Counted from the stretch's first letter, positions 26,543-36,461 are shown. The stretch: 39,773 nt of DNA from Bacteroides fragilis (GCA_963641805.1 CAVIEK010000002.1:1-39773), one strand, 5' to 3'. Numbers and translations are program-made. The notes: generated by a model from the sequence alone, not told the origin.

Positions 26543-26827
26543 ATGATCAGACTCAATTCATTTTTCGAGCTTAAGGCCGATGCCGACACAAGTGAAGTGA
26601 CGGCACTTGCCAAAGAGCTTACCGAAAAGACACTTGCCGAAGACGGATGTCTGGGATATGACGTGATGCAGAGCCTCACAGGAAAGCGCACGATGATGTT
26701 CTGCGAGACCTGGCAAAGCGAAGATCACTTGAAGGCTCACACGCTCACAGCACACTTCAAGCGCATAGTCCCTCTAATCAAGTCGCTCACCGTCAACGGC
26801 ACCAGATGCGACAAATTCAAGTTTTGA
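26543..26827 (+). CDS. ABM-domain protein (putative quinol monooxygenase)
   Basis: EDGCLGYD, FCETW, AHTLTAHF; 94 aa. Confidence 0.85.
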   Translation: MIRLNSFFELKADADTSEVTALAKELTEKTLAEDGCLGYDVMQSLTGKRTMMFCETWQSEDHLKAHTLTAHFKRIVPLIKSLTVNGTRCDKFKF

Positions 26828-26862
26828 ACGAACAATTACACAGACACATATTTTATCCCGTT

Positions 26863-28056
26863 ATGAATCAGATCTCACAAAGGCTGCAAGCCATGGCCCC
26901 GTCGGCCACACTTGCAATGTCGCAAAAGAGCAATGAGCTTAAGGCTCAAGGAGTCGACGTAATCAACCTTTCGGTAGGAGAGCCCGACTTCTTTACTCCC
27001 GACCACATCAAAGAAGCCGCGAAAAAGGCTGTTGACGACAATTTCTCGTTCTATACGCCCGTGTCAGGCTACCTGTCGCTGCGCAAAGCCATCTCGGCCA
27101 AGCTCAAGGGTGAGAACGGTGTGGACTACGCACCAGAGCAGATTGTGGTGGGCAACGGAGCCAAACACGAGTTGTGCAATGTGGTGATGGCAGTCATCAA
27201 CCCGGGCGACGAGGTGGTAATTCCCACCCCGGCATGGGTGAGCTATGTGCAGATGGTGAAATTGGCTGGAGGCAAGGAGGTGCTTGTACCGGCGGGCATC
27301 GACCAAGACTTCAAGATCACCGCCAAGCAGCTTGAGGAGGCAATCACATCCAAGACCCGCATGCTCATCTTGTGCTCACCGAGCAACCCCACCGGCAGCG
27401 TCTACAGCCGCGACGAGCTCAAGTCACTGGCCGATGTACTCGCCAAGCACCCCGACGTGCTTATTGTATCAGATGAGATATACGAGCACATCAACTATGT
27501 GGGAAGCCACGAATCGATTGCCCAGTTTGCCGAAGTGAAAGACCGTGTGGCCATCGTAAACGGTGTGTCGAAGGCCTATGCCATGACAGGCTGGCGCATA
27601 GGCTACATTGCCGCGCCGTTGTGGCTCGCCAAAGAGCTCAACAAACTACAGGGACAATATACCAGCGGAGCATCATCGATTGCGCAAAAGGCAGCCGAGG
27701 CAGCCTACAGCGGGCCACAGGACTGTGTGGAGACCATGCGCAAGGCATTTGAGCGCCGCCGCGATCTCATAGTGGGTCTACTGAGCGATATCCCCGGATT
27801 TAAGGTTAACAAGCCCCAAGGAGCGTTTTATGTGTTCCCAGAGGTATCGGCGCTGTTCGGTAAGCGTAATGGCGACACCATGATAGGCGACGCCGGCGAC
27901 CTGGCCCTCTATCTGCTCGACGAGGCTCATGTGGCAAGCGTGTCGGGCGACGCGTTTTGCGCACCGGGTTACCTGCGTATGAGCTACGCCACAAGCGATG
28001 ACAACTTGCGCAAGGCTGCCGCACGCATCAAAGAAGCCATAGCCAAGCTCAAATAG
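26863..28056 (+). CDS. aspC: Aspartate aminotransferase (class I/II PLP enzyme)
   Basis: Start trimmed to ATG 26863; LSVGEPDF, CSPSNPTG, SDEIYE, SKAYAMTGWRIG, LRMSYA. Confidence 0.9.
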   Translation: MNQISQRLQAMAPSATLAMSQKSNELKAQGVDVINLSVGEPDFFTPDHIKEAAKKAVDDNFSFYTPVSGYLSLRKAISAKLKGENGVDYAPEQIVVGNGAKHELCNVVMAVINPGDEVVIPTPAWVSYVQMVKLAGGKEVLVPAGIDQDFKITAKQLEEAITSKTRMLILCSPSNPTGSVYSRDELKSLADVLAKHPDVLIVSDEIYEHINYVGSHESIAQFAEVKDRVAIVNGVSKAYAMTGWRIGYIAAPLWLAKELNKLQGQYTSGASSIAQKAAEAAYSGPQDCVETMRKAFERRRDLIVGLLSDIPGFKVNKPQGAFYVFPEVSALFGKRNGDTMIGDAGDLALYLLDEAHVASVSGDAFCAPGYLRMSYATSDDNLRKAAARIKEAIAKLK

Positions 28057-28083
28057 TCAGTCGCAACATAGTTCAAAAACCAT

Positions 28084-28136
28084 AAAGCAGGAGCCGTGAG
28101 TGTCACCTAAGTACTGCTCACGGCTCCTGTTTTTTT
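28084..28136. terminator. Bidirectional intrinsic terminator
   Basis: caggagccgtgag / ctcacggctcctg perfect stem flanked by A-rich and T7 tracts, between convergent genes. Confidence 0.9.
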
Positions 28137-28156
28137 GCCATTTTCGCGACAGGCAT

Positions 28157-29038
28157 TCACTCATGAGAGTCGAGCCACTGCTCGAGCATGCGGCAATACC
28201 TGTCTGTCTGCTCGGCAAATGCCATGTGTCTGGCCCCATCGAAGAGTTCCCACCGGCTGCCCTCGATACGATCGTGCATAGTCTTGGCCAGCAAAGGGGT
28301 GCACATGTCGTTGGTTCCGCTGGTAATGAGGCACGGCACCTTTATCTCGTGAAGGCGGTCGGTGTAGTCATAGTCTTTGAGAGTGCCCAGCGGGGTGTAT
28401 TCATTCGGTCCCCATCCATAGAGATATGACTCAGTCCCCGACCGCTTGCCGCGGCGCAGGCACTCTGGCGAATCGGCAGTCACAGGCGCTGCACAATGCT
28501 GCGCCATGAAGTGCTCATTAGCCAAAGCATAGGCCTCGCCCGAAAAGTTGCCCGATGCCTCGGCCTCGGCAATGGCCCGCTGGTCGGCCTCACTCATAAA
28601 CGATATGAGACGGTGTTGCTCGCTTGCCCAAAGGCTGCTGCTGGGCAGAGTGCTCGCAAGCACAGCCGACTTAACGCCGCGTGCCTGTTTCTCGACGAGA
28701 TACACAATCTCAAGCATTCCGCCCCACGACTGCCCGAGCAAATGGAAACTGTCGAGGCGCAAATGATCGATGAGTGTGCACAGTTCGTCGAGCCATGTGT
28801 CCACAGTCCACAACTCGGGATGGCCGTCGACATAAGAGTTGCCGCAGCCTATCTGATCATAGCTGATCACGGCATGTCCCGACAGAGCTACACGGTCGAG
28901 CAGTTCGAAATAGTTATGCGTGCTGCCCGGGCCACCGTGCAGCATGATGATGGGGCTCTTGCCAGGAGCCGTCTCGCCGGCTATGCGATAATAGGTTCTG
29001 AAGCCCTTGAAGGGCATGTATCCTTCCTGAATTTTCAT
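28157..29038 (-). CDS. pip: Proline iminopeptidase (S33, PepI type)
   Basis: LHGGPGSTHNY, YDQIGCG, GQSWGG nucleophile, WGPNEYTP, C-terminal His; -7 element TAATTTTG at 29102-29095. Confidence 0.92.
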   Translation of the reverse strand: MKIQEGYMPFKGFRTYYRIAGETAPGKSPIIMLHGGPGSTHNYFELLDRVALSGHAVISYDQIGCGNSYVDGHPELWTVDTWLDELCTLIDHLRLDSFHLLGQSWGGMLEIVYLVEKQARGVKSAVLASTLPSSSLWASEQHRLISFMSEADQRAIAEAEASGNFSGEAYALANEHFMAQHCAAPVTADSPECLRRGKRSGTESYLYGWGPNEYTPLGTLKDYDYTDRLHEIKVPCLITSGTNDMCTPLLAKTMHDRIEGSRWELFDGARHMAFAEQTDRYCRMLEQWLDSHE

Positions 29039-29217
29039 AATTGAGAATATTGGGTTTTATGCGGGCCGTGGCCTGTGAGCCCCAAAGCCCGACACAAAAT
29101 TAAACAAAAAATCCCACATTGCGCCCGACGGGCATACTCGGCATGCAATAAAGCCCGCACGAAGTGCGTTTTATAAGTTAAGGCATCAAGTGCCGCAAAC
29201 AACACCGACAGGAAATA

Positions 29218-31242
29218 ATGAAAAGATATCTGCACATAATATCGGCAATCATCATCGGAGCAATGGTCATGGGCTCGGTGAACAGCTGCAAGCAGGCCAA
29301 ACTGCGCGATGCCGACGAAGCCTACGACCGCGGTGAATATAACGACGCCGCCAACATATACCGCAAGGTGTATAACCGTCTGCGCAAAAAGGAAGACCGC
29401 CCCATGCGCGGCGACGTGGCCTTCAGAATGGGCCTGTGCTACCACAAGCTCAACCAGAGCGCGAAGGCGGCTGCGGCGTTCCAAAACTCGATTCGATATG
29501 AGTACCCCGACAGCATGGCACTCTTCTATCTGGCGCACGCCCAGCACATGAGCGGCCGCTACAGCGAAGCCATCAAGAGCTACAGCAGTTTCCTTGAGAA
29601 AAAGCCCGATGACTATCAAGCCTTAACCGGCCTGCGCGCATGCCGCATGGCTCCGAAATGGAAGGAAGAGGGCTCGCGCTACAAGGTGGCCAACGCCAAA
29701 CTGTTCAACTCGCGCCGTGCCGACTTCTGCCCGATGTTTCTCGACAAGAATGCCGATGTGCTCTACTACACATCAAGCACCGAGAAGTCGAAGGGCGAGA
29801 AACGCAGCGAAATCACCGGCACCAAGTGCAGCGATGTGTATTTCTCGAAAAAAGACGAAAAGGGCAACTGGCAGCGGCCACAAGCAGCCGAGGGCGAGCT
29901 CAATACCGAGTTCGACGAAGGCATCACGGCCTTCACCCCCGACGGCACCACCATGTATCTGGCCAAGGCCATACGCAAGACCAACGCCGGCTCATCGGTC
30001 GACATCTACAGCGCACAGCGCAGTGAGGCCAAGTGGAGTGCTCCAGTGAAAGTGGAAATCACCGCCGACACCCTGTCGGCCTACGGCGACCCTGCCGTGA
30101 GTGCCGACGGCAAATGGCTCTACTTCTCAAGCGACATGCCAGGCGGCCAGGGCGGTAAAGACCTGTGGCGCATCAACCTGAAAGACCCGCACGGCACACT
30201 CGAGAACCTGGGAGACCAAATCAACACCCCTGGCGACGAGCGCTTCCCCTATTGCCGCACCGACAGCATACTGTATTTTGCAAGCGATGGCCATGCCGGA
30301 TTCGGCGGACTCGATCTGTTCAAGGCCACCCTTCAGCCGTCGGGCAAATGGAACATTGAGAACATGGGATCGCCCATGAACTCGAGCGGCGACGACTTCG
30401 GCATCACATTCGGCAAGGGCGAGAGCGGCTTTTTCAGCAGCAACCGTAATGACGCACGCGGATACGACCACATTTACAGCTTTGTGAAGCCCGACCTCAA
30501 GATATGGATATCGGGCTATGTGCTTGACAAAGACGAGGAACCCGTGCCCAATGCCGTGATACGCATCGTGGGTAATGACGGCAGCAACCAAAAAGCAGCT
30601 GCAAAGCCCGACGGCTCGTTCCGATTCGACCTGCAGCGCGGCGTGAGCTACGTGATGCTGGCAGGGTCAAACGGCTACCTTAACGGCAAGCAGGAGTTCA
30701 CCAGCGACATGGCCGAAGAAGACGCCGAATACAACGTAGACTTCGTGCTTGCCGCCATGACCAAGCCGCAAGTAATCGAGAACATATTCTACGATTTCGA
30801 CAAGGCATCGCTCCGCCCTGCCTCAAAGAAAGCCCTCGACGGCATGGTGCAGGTGATGAAAGACAATCCCTACATCACAATAGAAATGGCTTCGCACACC
30901 GACCGCATCGGCACAGACGCCTACAACAACTCGCTGTCGGAGCGGCGCGCCCAATCGGTGGTCGACTACCTGATAAAGAACGGCATCGACAAGGCCCGGC
31001 TGCGTCCCAAGGGATACGGCAAGACACGACCGAAAACGGTGACCAAACGCATCGCGCGCCTCTACCCGCAATTCAAGGAGGGCGACGTGCTCAGCGAGGA
31101 ATTCATCAAGACACTCGACAAGGCCAACCAAGAAGCTGCCGACCAAATCAACCGCCGCACCGAGTTCCAGGTGCTCACCACCGACTTCCAGCCATTTGTG
31201 GAAGACCGCAAGGCGGCCGAAGAGGCAGCCGAGGAACCATAG
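29218..31242 (+). CDS. porE: PorE-like lipoprotein (TPR, PD40 propeller, carboxypeptidase-regulatory-like domain, OmpA C-terminal domain)
   Basis: Lipobox SVNSC; TPRs; PD40 repeats (INTPGDERFP, MNSSGDDF); IFYDFDKA, SHTD, LSERRAQSV, NRRTEF. Confidence 0.85.
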   Translation: MKRYLHIISAIIIGAMVMGSVNSCKQAKLRDADEAYDRGEYNDAANIYRKVYNRLRKKEDRPMRGDVAFRMGLCYHKLNQSAKAAAAFQNSIRYEYPDSMALFYLAHAQHMSGRYSEAIKSYSSFLEKKPDDYQALTGLRACRMAPKWKEEGSRYKVANAKLFNSRRADFCPMFLDKNADVLYYTSSTEKSKGEKRSEITGTKCSDVYFSKKDEKGNWQRPQAAEGELNTEFDEGITAFTPDGTTMYLAKAIRKTNAGSSVDIYSAQRSEAKWSAPVKVEITADTLSAYGDPAVSADGKWLYFSSDMPGGQGGKDLWRINLKDPHGTLENLGDQINTPGDERFPYCRTDSILYFASDGHAGFGGLDLFKATLQPSGKWNIENMGSPMNSSGDDFGITFGKGESGFFSSNRNDARGYDHIYSFVKPDLKIWISGYVLDKDEEPVPNAVIRIVGNDGSNQKAAAKPDGSFRFDLQRGVSYVMLAGSNGYLNGKQEFTSDMAEEDAEYNVDFVLAAMTKPQVIENIFYDFDKASLRPASKKALDGMVQVMKDNPYITIEMASHTDRIGTDAYNNSLSERRAQSVVDYLIKNGIDKARLRPKGYGKTRPKTVTKRIARLYPQFKEGDVLSEEFIKTLDKANQEAADQINRRTEFQVLTTDFQPFVEDRKAAEEAAEEP

Positions 31243-31291
31243 GGCTGATCATCCCATTTTTTATCAACCGCATTTATTTAACACACGCAAT

Positions 31292-31900
31292 ATGTTTTCA
31301 GGAATAGTAGAAGAGGCGGCCACGGTGGTGGAACTGTGCCGCGACGAAGGCAACCTGCACATCACCCTCAAGTGCAGCTTTACCGATGAGTTGAGAATAG
31401 ACCAGAGCGTGGCGCACAACGGCGTGTGCCTCACCGTGGTGGCACTGCCCGGCGACGGCACATATACCGTTACGGCCGTCCAAGAGACACTGGAGCGGAG
31501 CAACCTCGGCGACCTCAAGGTGGGCGATGAGGTGAATCTCGAACGCTCGATGATGATGAACGGACGACTCGACGGCCACATCGTGCAAGGGCATGTGGAC
31601 CAGACCGCCACTTGCACCGCAGTGACCGAGGAAGACGGCAGCTGGCGCTACAGCTTCGGCTACGAAGCCGACCCCGACATGGCACGCAAGGGCTATGTGA
31701 CTGTGGAGAAAGGCAGCGTCACCGTCAACGGCACAAGCCTCACGGTGTGCAACTCACAAAAGGACAGTTTTGAGGTGGCCATCATCCCCTACACACACGA
31801 CCACACCAACTTTCACCAAATCAAGCCTGGCACACGCGTGAACCTTGAGTTCGACATCATAGGCAAATACATTGCACGTCTGAAGGAATTCGGAGCCTGA
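31292..31900 (+). CDS. ribE: Riboflavin synthase
   Basis: N-terminus MFSGIVEE at ATG 31292; SVAHNGVCLTV, VNLER, GHIVQGHVD, KGSVTVNGTSLTV, IIPYT. Confidence 0.95.
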   Translation: MFSGIVEEAATVVELCRDEGNLHITLKCSFTDELRIDQSVAHNGVCLTVVALPGDGTYTVTAVQETLERSNLGDLKVGDEVNLERSMMMNGRLDGHIVQGHVDQTATCTAVTEEDGSWRYSFGYEADPDMARKGYVTVEKGSVTVNGTSLTVCNSQKDSFEVAIIPYTHDHTNFHQIKPGTRVNLEFDIIGKYIARLKEFGA

Positions 31901-32391
31901 TGAAAAAGATAGGCATAATAAGCGACACACACTCGTGGTGGGACGACCGGTATGCCAAGCACTTTGCCGACTGCGACGAGATATGGCATGCGGGCGACAT
32001 AGGCAACGAGACGGTGGCCGACCGGCTTGAGACCATCACTCCGATGCTGCGCGCCGTGTATGGCAATGCCGACGGCGCCGAACTGCGGCGGCGGTTTAAG
32101 GAGATGGAGATATTCACTACCGAGGGGGTAAAAGTTGTGCTCACCCACATAGGCGGCTACCCGGGCAAATATGCTCCTGGCATACGGGCACGTCTTGAGC
32201 TGTCGCGCCCCAAACTGCTGGTGTGCGGGCACAGCCACATTCTCAAGGTGATTCCCGACCGCAGTCTCGACGTGCTCACCATCAACCCCGGAGCAGCAGG
32301 ACGGCAAGGGTGGCAAAAGGTGCGCACGCTGATAACACTCACACTCGATGCCGGCACCATTGTGAGCTGCCAAGTGATTGAACTTGCATAG
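31900..32391 (+). CDS. YfcE/MJ0936-family metallophosphoesterase
   Basis: ISDTH, HAGDIG, YGNAD, THIGG, GHSH, INPGAAG; ATG overlaps the riboflavin synthase stop (TGATG). Confidence 0.88.
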   Translation: MKKIGIISDTHSWWDDRYAKHFADCDEIWHAGDIGNETVADRLETITPMLRAVYGNADGAELRRRFKEMEIFTTEGVKVVLTHIGGYPGKYAPGIRARLELSRPKLLVCGHSHILKVIPDRSLDVLTINPGAAGRQGWQKVRTLITLTLDAGTIVSCQVIELA

Positions 32392-32486
32392 AAAGGCTTG
32401 AATTGTGGACGCTATCCTCTTGCGGTGAGAGCGGGAGCGGGATTCGGCAAGATTTGCAGGAATCGATCCACCCTGCGCAAGCCCTC

Positions 32487-33185
32487 TTACCTTGCCACGC
32501 CCCAATGCGGGTTTTTCACAAAGCGCATCTCGTGCAATATGCGCTCGCGCCGGCGTTGCATGTATGGGCTGGGGTTGGCAGAGTTGAACTTTAGCGGATT
32601 GGGCAAAGTGGCCGCTATCAGGGCGCACTGCCCGCGGGTGAGGAGCGAGGCGCGTGTGCCGAAGTGGTCATGCGCCACGGCTTGCACACCATAGATGCCG
32701 TTGCCCGTCTCTATTGAGTTGAGATATACCTCCATGATGCGCTCCTTGCCCCAAATGCGCTCAATGAGCACAGTAAAATAGGCCTCAAAGCCCTTGCGTA
32801 TCCAACTATGTCCCGGCCACAGAAACACGTTTTTGGCGGTCTGCTGCGAGATTGTGCTGGCTCCGCGCTCGCGACCGCCCCTGAGTGCGGTAAGCTGCGC
32901 CTGATAAATCTGCTCAAAGTCGAAGCCGTTGTGCGTCAAGAAGTGCGCATCCTCACTTGCAATCACAGCCACCGGCATGTTTTGCGACATCACATCAATC
33001 GACACCCACTTGTGGTGTAGCTTCACCTCACGCCCCGACGCCATCTGCTCCACGCAACGTATCATCATAAGCGGCGTGAAGTATACCGGCACCCACTTGA
33101 ACATAACCACGCTCAGAATTGTGGATGCGAAAAAAAAGATGAGCACATTCCTGACGATGCGCATTATAACTTTGCTGATGCCCAT
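32487..33185 (-). CDS. mtgA: Monofunctional biosynthetic peptidoglycan transglycosylase
   Basis: Start trimmed to ATG 33185; [43 protein letters not shown]; -7 element TATCTTTG at 33244-33237. Confidence 0.95.
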   Translation of the reverse strand: MGISKVIMRIVRNVLIFFFASTILSVVMFKWVPVYFTPLMMIRCVEQMASGREVKLHHKWVSIDVMSQNMPVAVIASEDAHFLTHNGFDFEQIYQAQLTALRGGRERGASTISQQTAKNVFLWPGHSWIRKGFEAYFTVLIERIWGKERIMEVYLNSIETGNGIYGVQAVAHDHFGTRASLLTRGQCALIAATLPNPLKFNSANPSPYMQRRRERILHEMRFVKNPHWGVAR

Positions 33186-33340
33186 ATTGGTTGCTGCTGA
33201 GTGATATCGATCATGTGATTTTGCAACATTGCGGTGCAAAGATAACGCAAAACGCGTGCCCGACGGCTATGTGTGGCCGCCATTTTTTTGCACACGCGCG
33301 CGAAAGGCGATGCTTCCATAGCAACAAGCGCATGAAGGAA

Positions 33341-33377
33341 CGGCAATAAGCCGGCATGAGAGAGCCGATTATTGCCG
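33341..33377 (-). terminator. Hairpin downstream of the PatB/MalY gene
   Basis: cggcaataa / ttattgccg stem with inner cggc/gccg. Confidence 0.55.
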
Positions 33378-33394
33378 AGGATAACAGTCAATGG

Positions 33395-34591
33395 TCAACA
33401 TCGTGCTGCCACGGCATCGGCTAAGCGCCGCATCACATCGGCTATCACCTGGCGCGGAGCAGCCACATTGAGACGCGCATGCAGTTCCCCGCCGGGACCG
33501 AACATTGCGCCGTCGTTCATTGCCACATGGGCATGGTTGAGCAGCATGTCGACAAGAGCCTCATGATCAAGGCCAAGCCGTGTAAAGTCGAGCCACACCA
33601 GATAGCTTGCCTCGGGCTTGAGCACCTTCACCTGCGGCATGTGGTTGCGGCAGAAGTCGGCCACGAAGTCGATATTGCCCTCGATGTAGCGCAGCACCTC
33701 GGTGAGCCATTCCTCGCCGTGGGTGTAGGCTGCCTCGGCTGCAATCACGGCGGTCATATTGGGCAGATTCAGCTCGTTGGCAGAGAGCCAGCGGTAGAAC
33801 GGCACCCGCAACTCGGGATTCTTCACCACACACCACGACGAGTGGAGGCCAGCAATGTTGAACGTCTTGGTAGGAGCGCCGAAGGCTATGGTCACGGCGG
33901 CGGCATCGTCGCTCACCGATGGCAGCGGATGATGCTTGCGTCCGTGCAGCATGAGGTCGCTGTGTATCTCATCGCTTATGAGTTTCACTCCGTAGCGCCG
34001 GGCAAGCGATGCCACCTGCCGTAGCACGTCGGGATCCCACACGATGCCCATGGGGTTGTGCGGGTTGCATACCACCATCATGGCAGGCTGACGGGTAGCG
34101 AAAATCCTTTCGAGCCCCTCAAAATCCATGCGGCAATGCCCATCGGAATCGCGCAGAAGGGCGTTGTTGACCACAACGCGGTCGTTGTCGGTGATTACGC
34201 GGCGGAACGGGTGATACACCGGTTCTTGAATCACTATGCGGTCGCCTGGACGGGTATAGAAGTTTATGGCAAGGGCCACGCCTGTGACCACCCCGGGGAT
34301 GAACGTGAGCTCTTGGGGCGTAATCTCAAAACCGTTGCGCCTCCGCTGCCAGTCGACTATCGATTGCCAATAGCTGCCAGGCACCATTGAGTAGCCATAG
34401 ATGCGGTGGTTGCCAAAACGCCTGGTCAACGCCTCGGTCACCTGAGGGCACACTTCGAAATCCATGTCGGCAATCCACGCCGGCACAAGGTCGGAGCGTC
34501 CGAATTCCTCCTTCATACCATCAAATTTCACCGCTCCGGTATTGTGGCGGTCAACAATCTTGTCGAAATCAAATTTTGACATACTCAGCAT
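33395..34591 (-). CDS. PatB/MalY-family C-S lyase (cystathionine beta-lyase)
   Basis: AWIADMDF, PVYHPF, CNPHNPMG, SDEIHSD, APTKTFNIAG, ASYLVWLD, RLNVA. Confidence 0.92.
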   Translation of the reverse strand: MLSMSKFDFDKIVDRHNTGAVKFDGMKEEFGRSDLVPAWIADMDFEVCPQVTEALTRRFGNHRIYGYSMVPGSYWQSIVDWQRRRNGFEITPQELTFIPGVVTGVALAINFYTRPGDRIVIQEPVYHPFRRVITDNDRVVVNNALLRDSDGHCRMDFEGLERIFATRQPAMMVVCNPHNPMGIVWDPDVLRQVASLARRYGVKLISDEIHSDLMLHGRKHHPLPSVSDDAAAVTIAFGAPTKTFNIAGLHSSWCVVKNPELRVPFYRWLSANELNLPNMTAVIAAEAAYTHGEEWLTEVLRYIEGNIDFVADFCRNHMPQVKVLKPEASYLVWLDFTRLGLDHEALVDMLLNHAHVAMNDGAMFGPGGELHARLNVAAPRQVIADVMRRLADAVAARC

Positions 34592-34736
34592 AAGTTTTAA
34601 AGTCGGTAGTGCCTGCCATTCTCCGGTAAGCGACGGAGTCGCGGCACAATGTCTCTTTTTTTTGAATCAGGTTATATTTTGAAGGTGGGCGGGAATGCCG
34701 ACACCGGCATTTGCCGCTCCGGTCAGTCAAGCTCAA

Positions 34737-36461
34737 TCAGAACGACACGCAGAAGGCACCGCCAAGCACCAGACTGTTCATGGCGCGGTGGATGCTGCTG
34801 CGCTTGGTCTCAATGAAGTCGAATCCACGTTCGGCATAGGACTGCACCACCGAGGGCCAGCCGTCCTTATAGAAATAGTTACTGTTATACTCCATGGTGT
34901 AGGTCTTGCGGGTGTAGTCGTAATCGGCAAACACGCGCCACGAGAACGATGACTTGTAGGCATAAGTGACCGACACGCCAGTACCCCACTTGAGGGTGTT
35001 GTTGCCGCTCACCGATAGATAGTCCCAACGTGTGTGGTAGTTGTCGCCCCACACCAGATAGCCAGTGGCACCATTGAACTCTTTGATTGATTTTCCCGAC
35101 ACGTCGCCTTTAACGTTCAAGTCTTGAATCACACTGCGGCCGCCGAGCAGCTTGGCGCCCAAAGCCCAACGCTTGCTCAACGGAAAATTGAAATACACGC
35201 CAAGGTCGGCTGTGAATTCAGTGATGTGGTCGCTCTCAATCGAGAGTTTCGCGCTTTTGATCCAGTCGCCGAGCCCGTTGTTTTTCATATATTCCACCAT
35301 CTGCTCAACGTCTTTTTCGGCCTTGCTCGACACGTTGCTCCATCCCTTGATGGGCATGCTCTTCACTCGCAAGCGGCCACCGAAGCCCACATACTTGTTG
35401 ATGAAATAGGCACCCTCGGCGCCCACCACGGTGGCAGTTCCGAATTTAAGCTGCACATCGGCAGGGTTGCCTTCGGTGTCGTTCAGACCGAGGTCCTTAC
35501 CGCTGAACGTGAAGTTGCGGCTACCCAGGCCCAAGCCCATCGAGATATTGAAAAACGACGGTTTGTTGGTGATATCAGAGATGCCCGGACGGTCGTTCGA
35601 CTTCAGGTGGCTGCCCTTGAACAACAGGTCGCACAGGCCATAGGCGAGCTCGGTCGAGAAGATACCCACACCGGCTCCCGAGAGCACGTCGCTCACCCAG
35701 TGGCGGTTGTTGAGCACGCGCATCACGCCGGTGGCGGTGGCTATCATATAGCCCGCCACCGAATACCACGGGCTGCGCGTGAGGCCGTATTCCTTGTGCA
35801 GGATGGTGGCGCTCACAAAAGCCGTGGCTGTGTGGCCCGACGGCCAAGAGTTGCGGGTAGAGCCGTCGGGGCGCATCTCCTTTGCCGTGTATTTGATGGG
35901 ATTGACAATGAGAGCCATCAGGGCATACGACATTGCCGAGTTGGCAAGAAAGCGCCATGTGTCGCTGCGGCCGCGCACCTGGGCGAAGTTAAGACCGGCT
36001 GCCAGGGCAAAGGGCGCAAACTGTGTGTAATTGTCAATCGTGTTGTGGAAGTTATACTTGATAAGGCGGCTGCGCGCGTCCTGATTGTTGTAGTCTTGGC
36101 GGAAACTGCGCTTCTCGCTCTTGGCGATGATGCCCGCCACAAAGATGGGCACGCCGCTGAAGGTGACATCGTCGAAAAACTTATAAGGCTTGACGGCGGC
36201 ATTGGCTGCGGCGCGGTTATAGATGTCGGGACTGGCGATGGTGTCGGCTGCGCGCTGCAGAGCCGCGGCGGCAGCCATCCGAGCCTCGGCCTCGAGCACC
36301 ATAGTGGCAGGAGCGTGCTCCGCGGGGGCTTCGGCCGATGCGGCCTCAATGCCGATGTCGCAAGCAGCCACCGTATCGGTTGCCTCGGCAGCCGAGGCCT
36401 CACTATTGAAAGCCGACATTGCGGCAAGGGCGGCAAGCGCCAGCAGGGTCTTATTCATCAT
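34737..36461 (-). CDS. PAP2-family phosphatase with signal peptide and C-terminal beta-barrel-like domain
   Basis: PAP2 motifs KYTAKEMRP, WPSGH, RVLNNRHWVSD; amphipathic beta-strands and terminal Phe (GGAFCVSF). Confidence 0.85.
   Translation of the reverse strand: MMNKTLLALAALAAMSAFNSEASAAEATDTVAACDIGIEAASAEAPAEHAPATMVLEAEARMAAAAALQRAADTIASPDIYNRAAANAAVKPYKFFDDVTFSGVPIFVAGIIAKSEKRSFRQDYNNQDARSRLIKYNFHNTIDNYTQFAPFALAAGLNFAQVRGRSDTWRFLANSAMSYALMALIVNPIKYTAKEMRPDGSTRNSWPSGHTATAFVSATILHKEYGLTRSPWYSVAGYMIATATGVMRVLNNRHWVSDVLSGAGVGIFSTELAYGLCDLLFKGSHLKSNDRPGISDITNKPSFFNISMGLGLGSRNFTFSGKDLGLNDTEGNPADVQLKFGTATVVGAEGAYFINKYVGFGGRLRVKSMPIKGWSNVSSKAEKDVEQMVEYMKNNGLGDWIKSAKLSIESDHITEFTADLGVYFNFPLSKRWALGAKLLGGRSVIQDLNVKGDVSGKSIKEFNGATGYLVWGDNYHTRWDYLSVSGNNTLKWGTGVSVTYAYKSSFSWRVFADYDYTRKTYTMEYNSNYFYKDGWPSVVQSYAERGFDFIETKRSSIHRAMNSLVLGGAFCVSF

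Noticed and set aside
31243..31291. Possible FMN riboswitch before riboflavin synthase
   Set aside because: The intergenic gap is only 49 nt and lacks FMN aptamer consensus sequences
32392..32486. GC-rich imperfect fold-back between the YfcE-like gene and mtgA as an ncRNA
   Set aside because: Adequately explained as a terminator-like structure between convergent genes; no promoter seen
34592..34736. Possible SAM riboswitch upstream of the cystathionine beta-lyase gene
   Set aside because: Only two generic hairpins are present; I could not match SAM-I or SAM-II consensus elements, and a cmscan would be needed to exclude one fully
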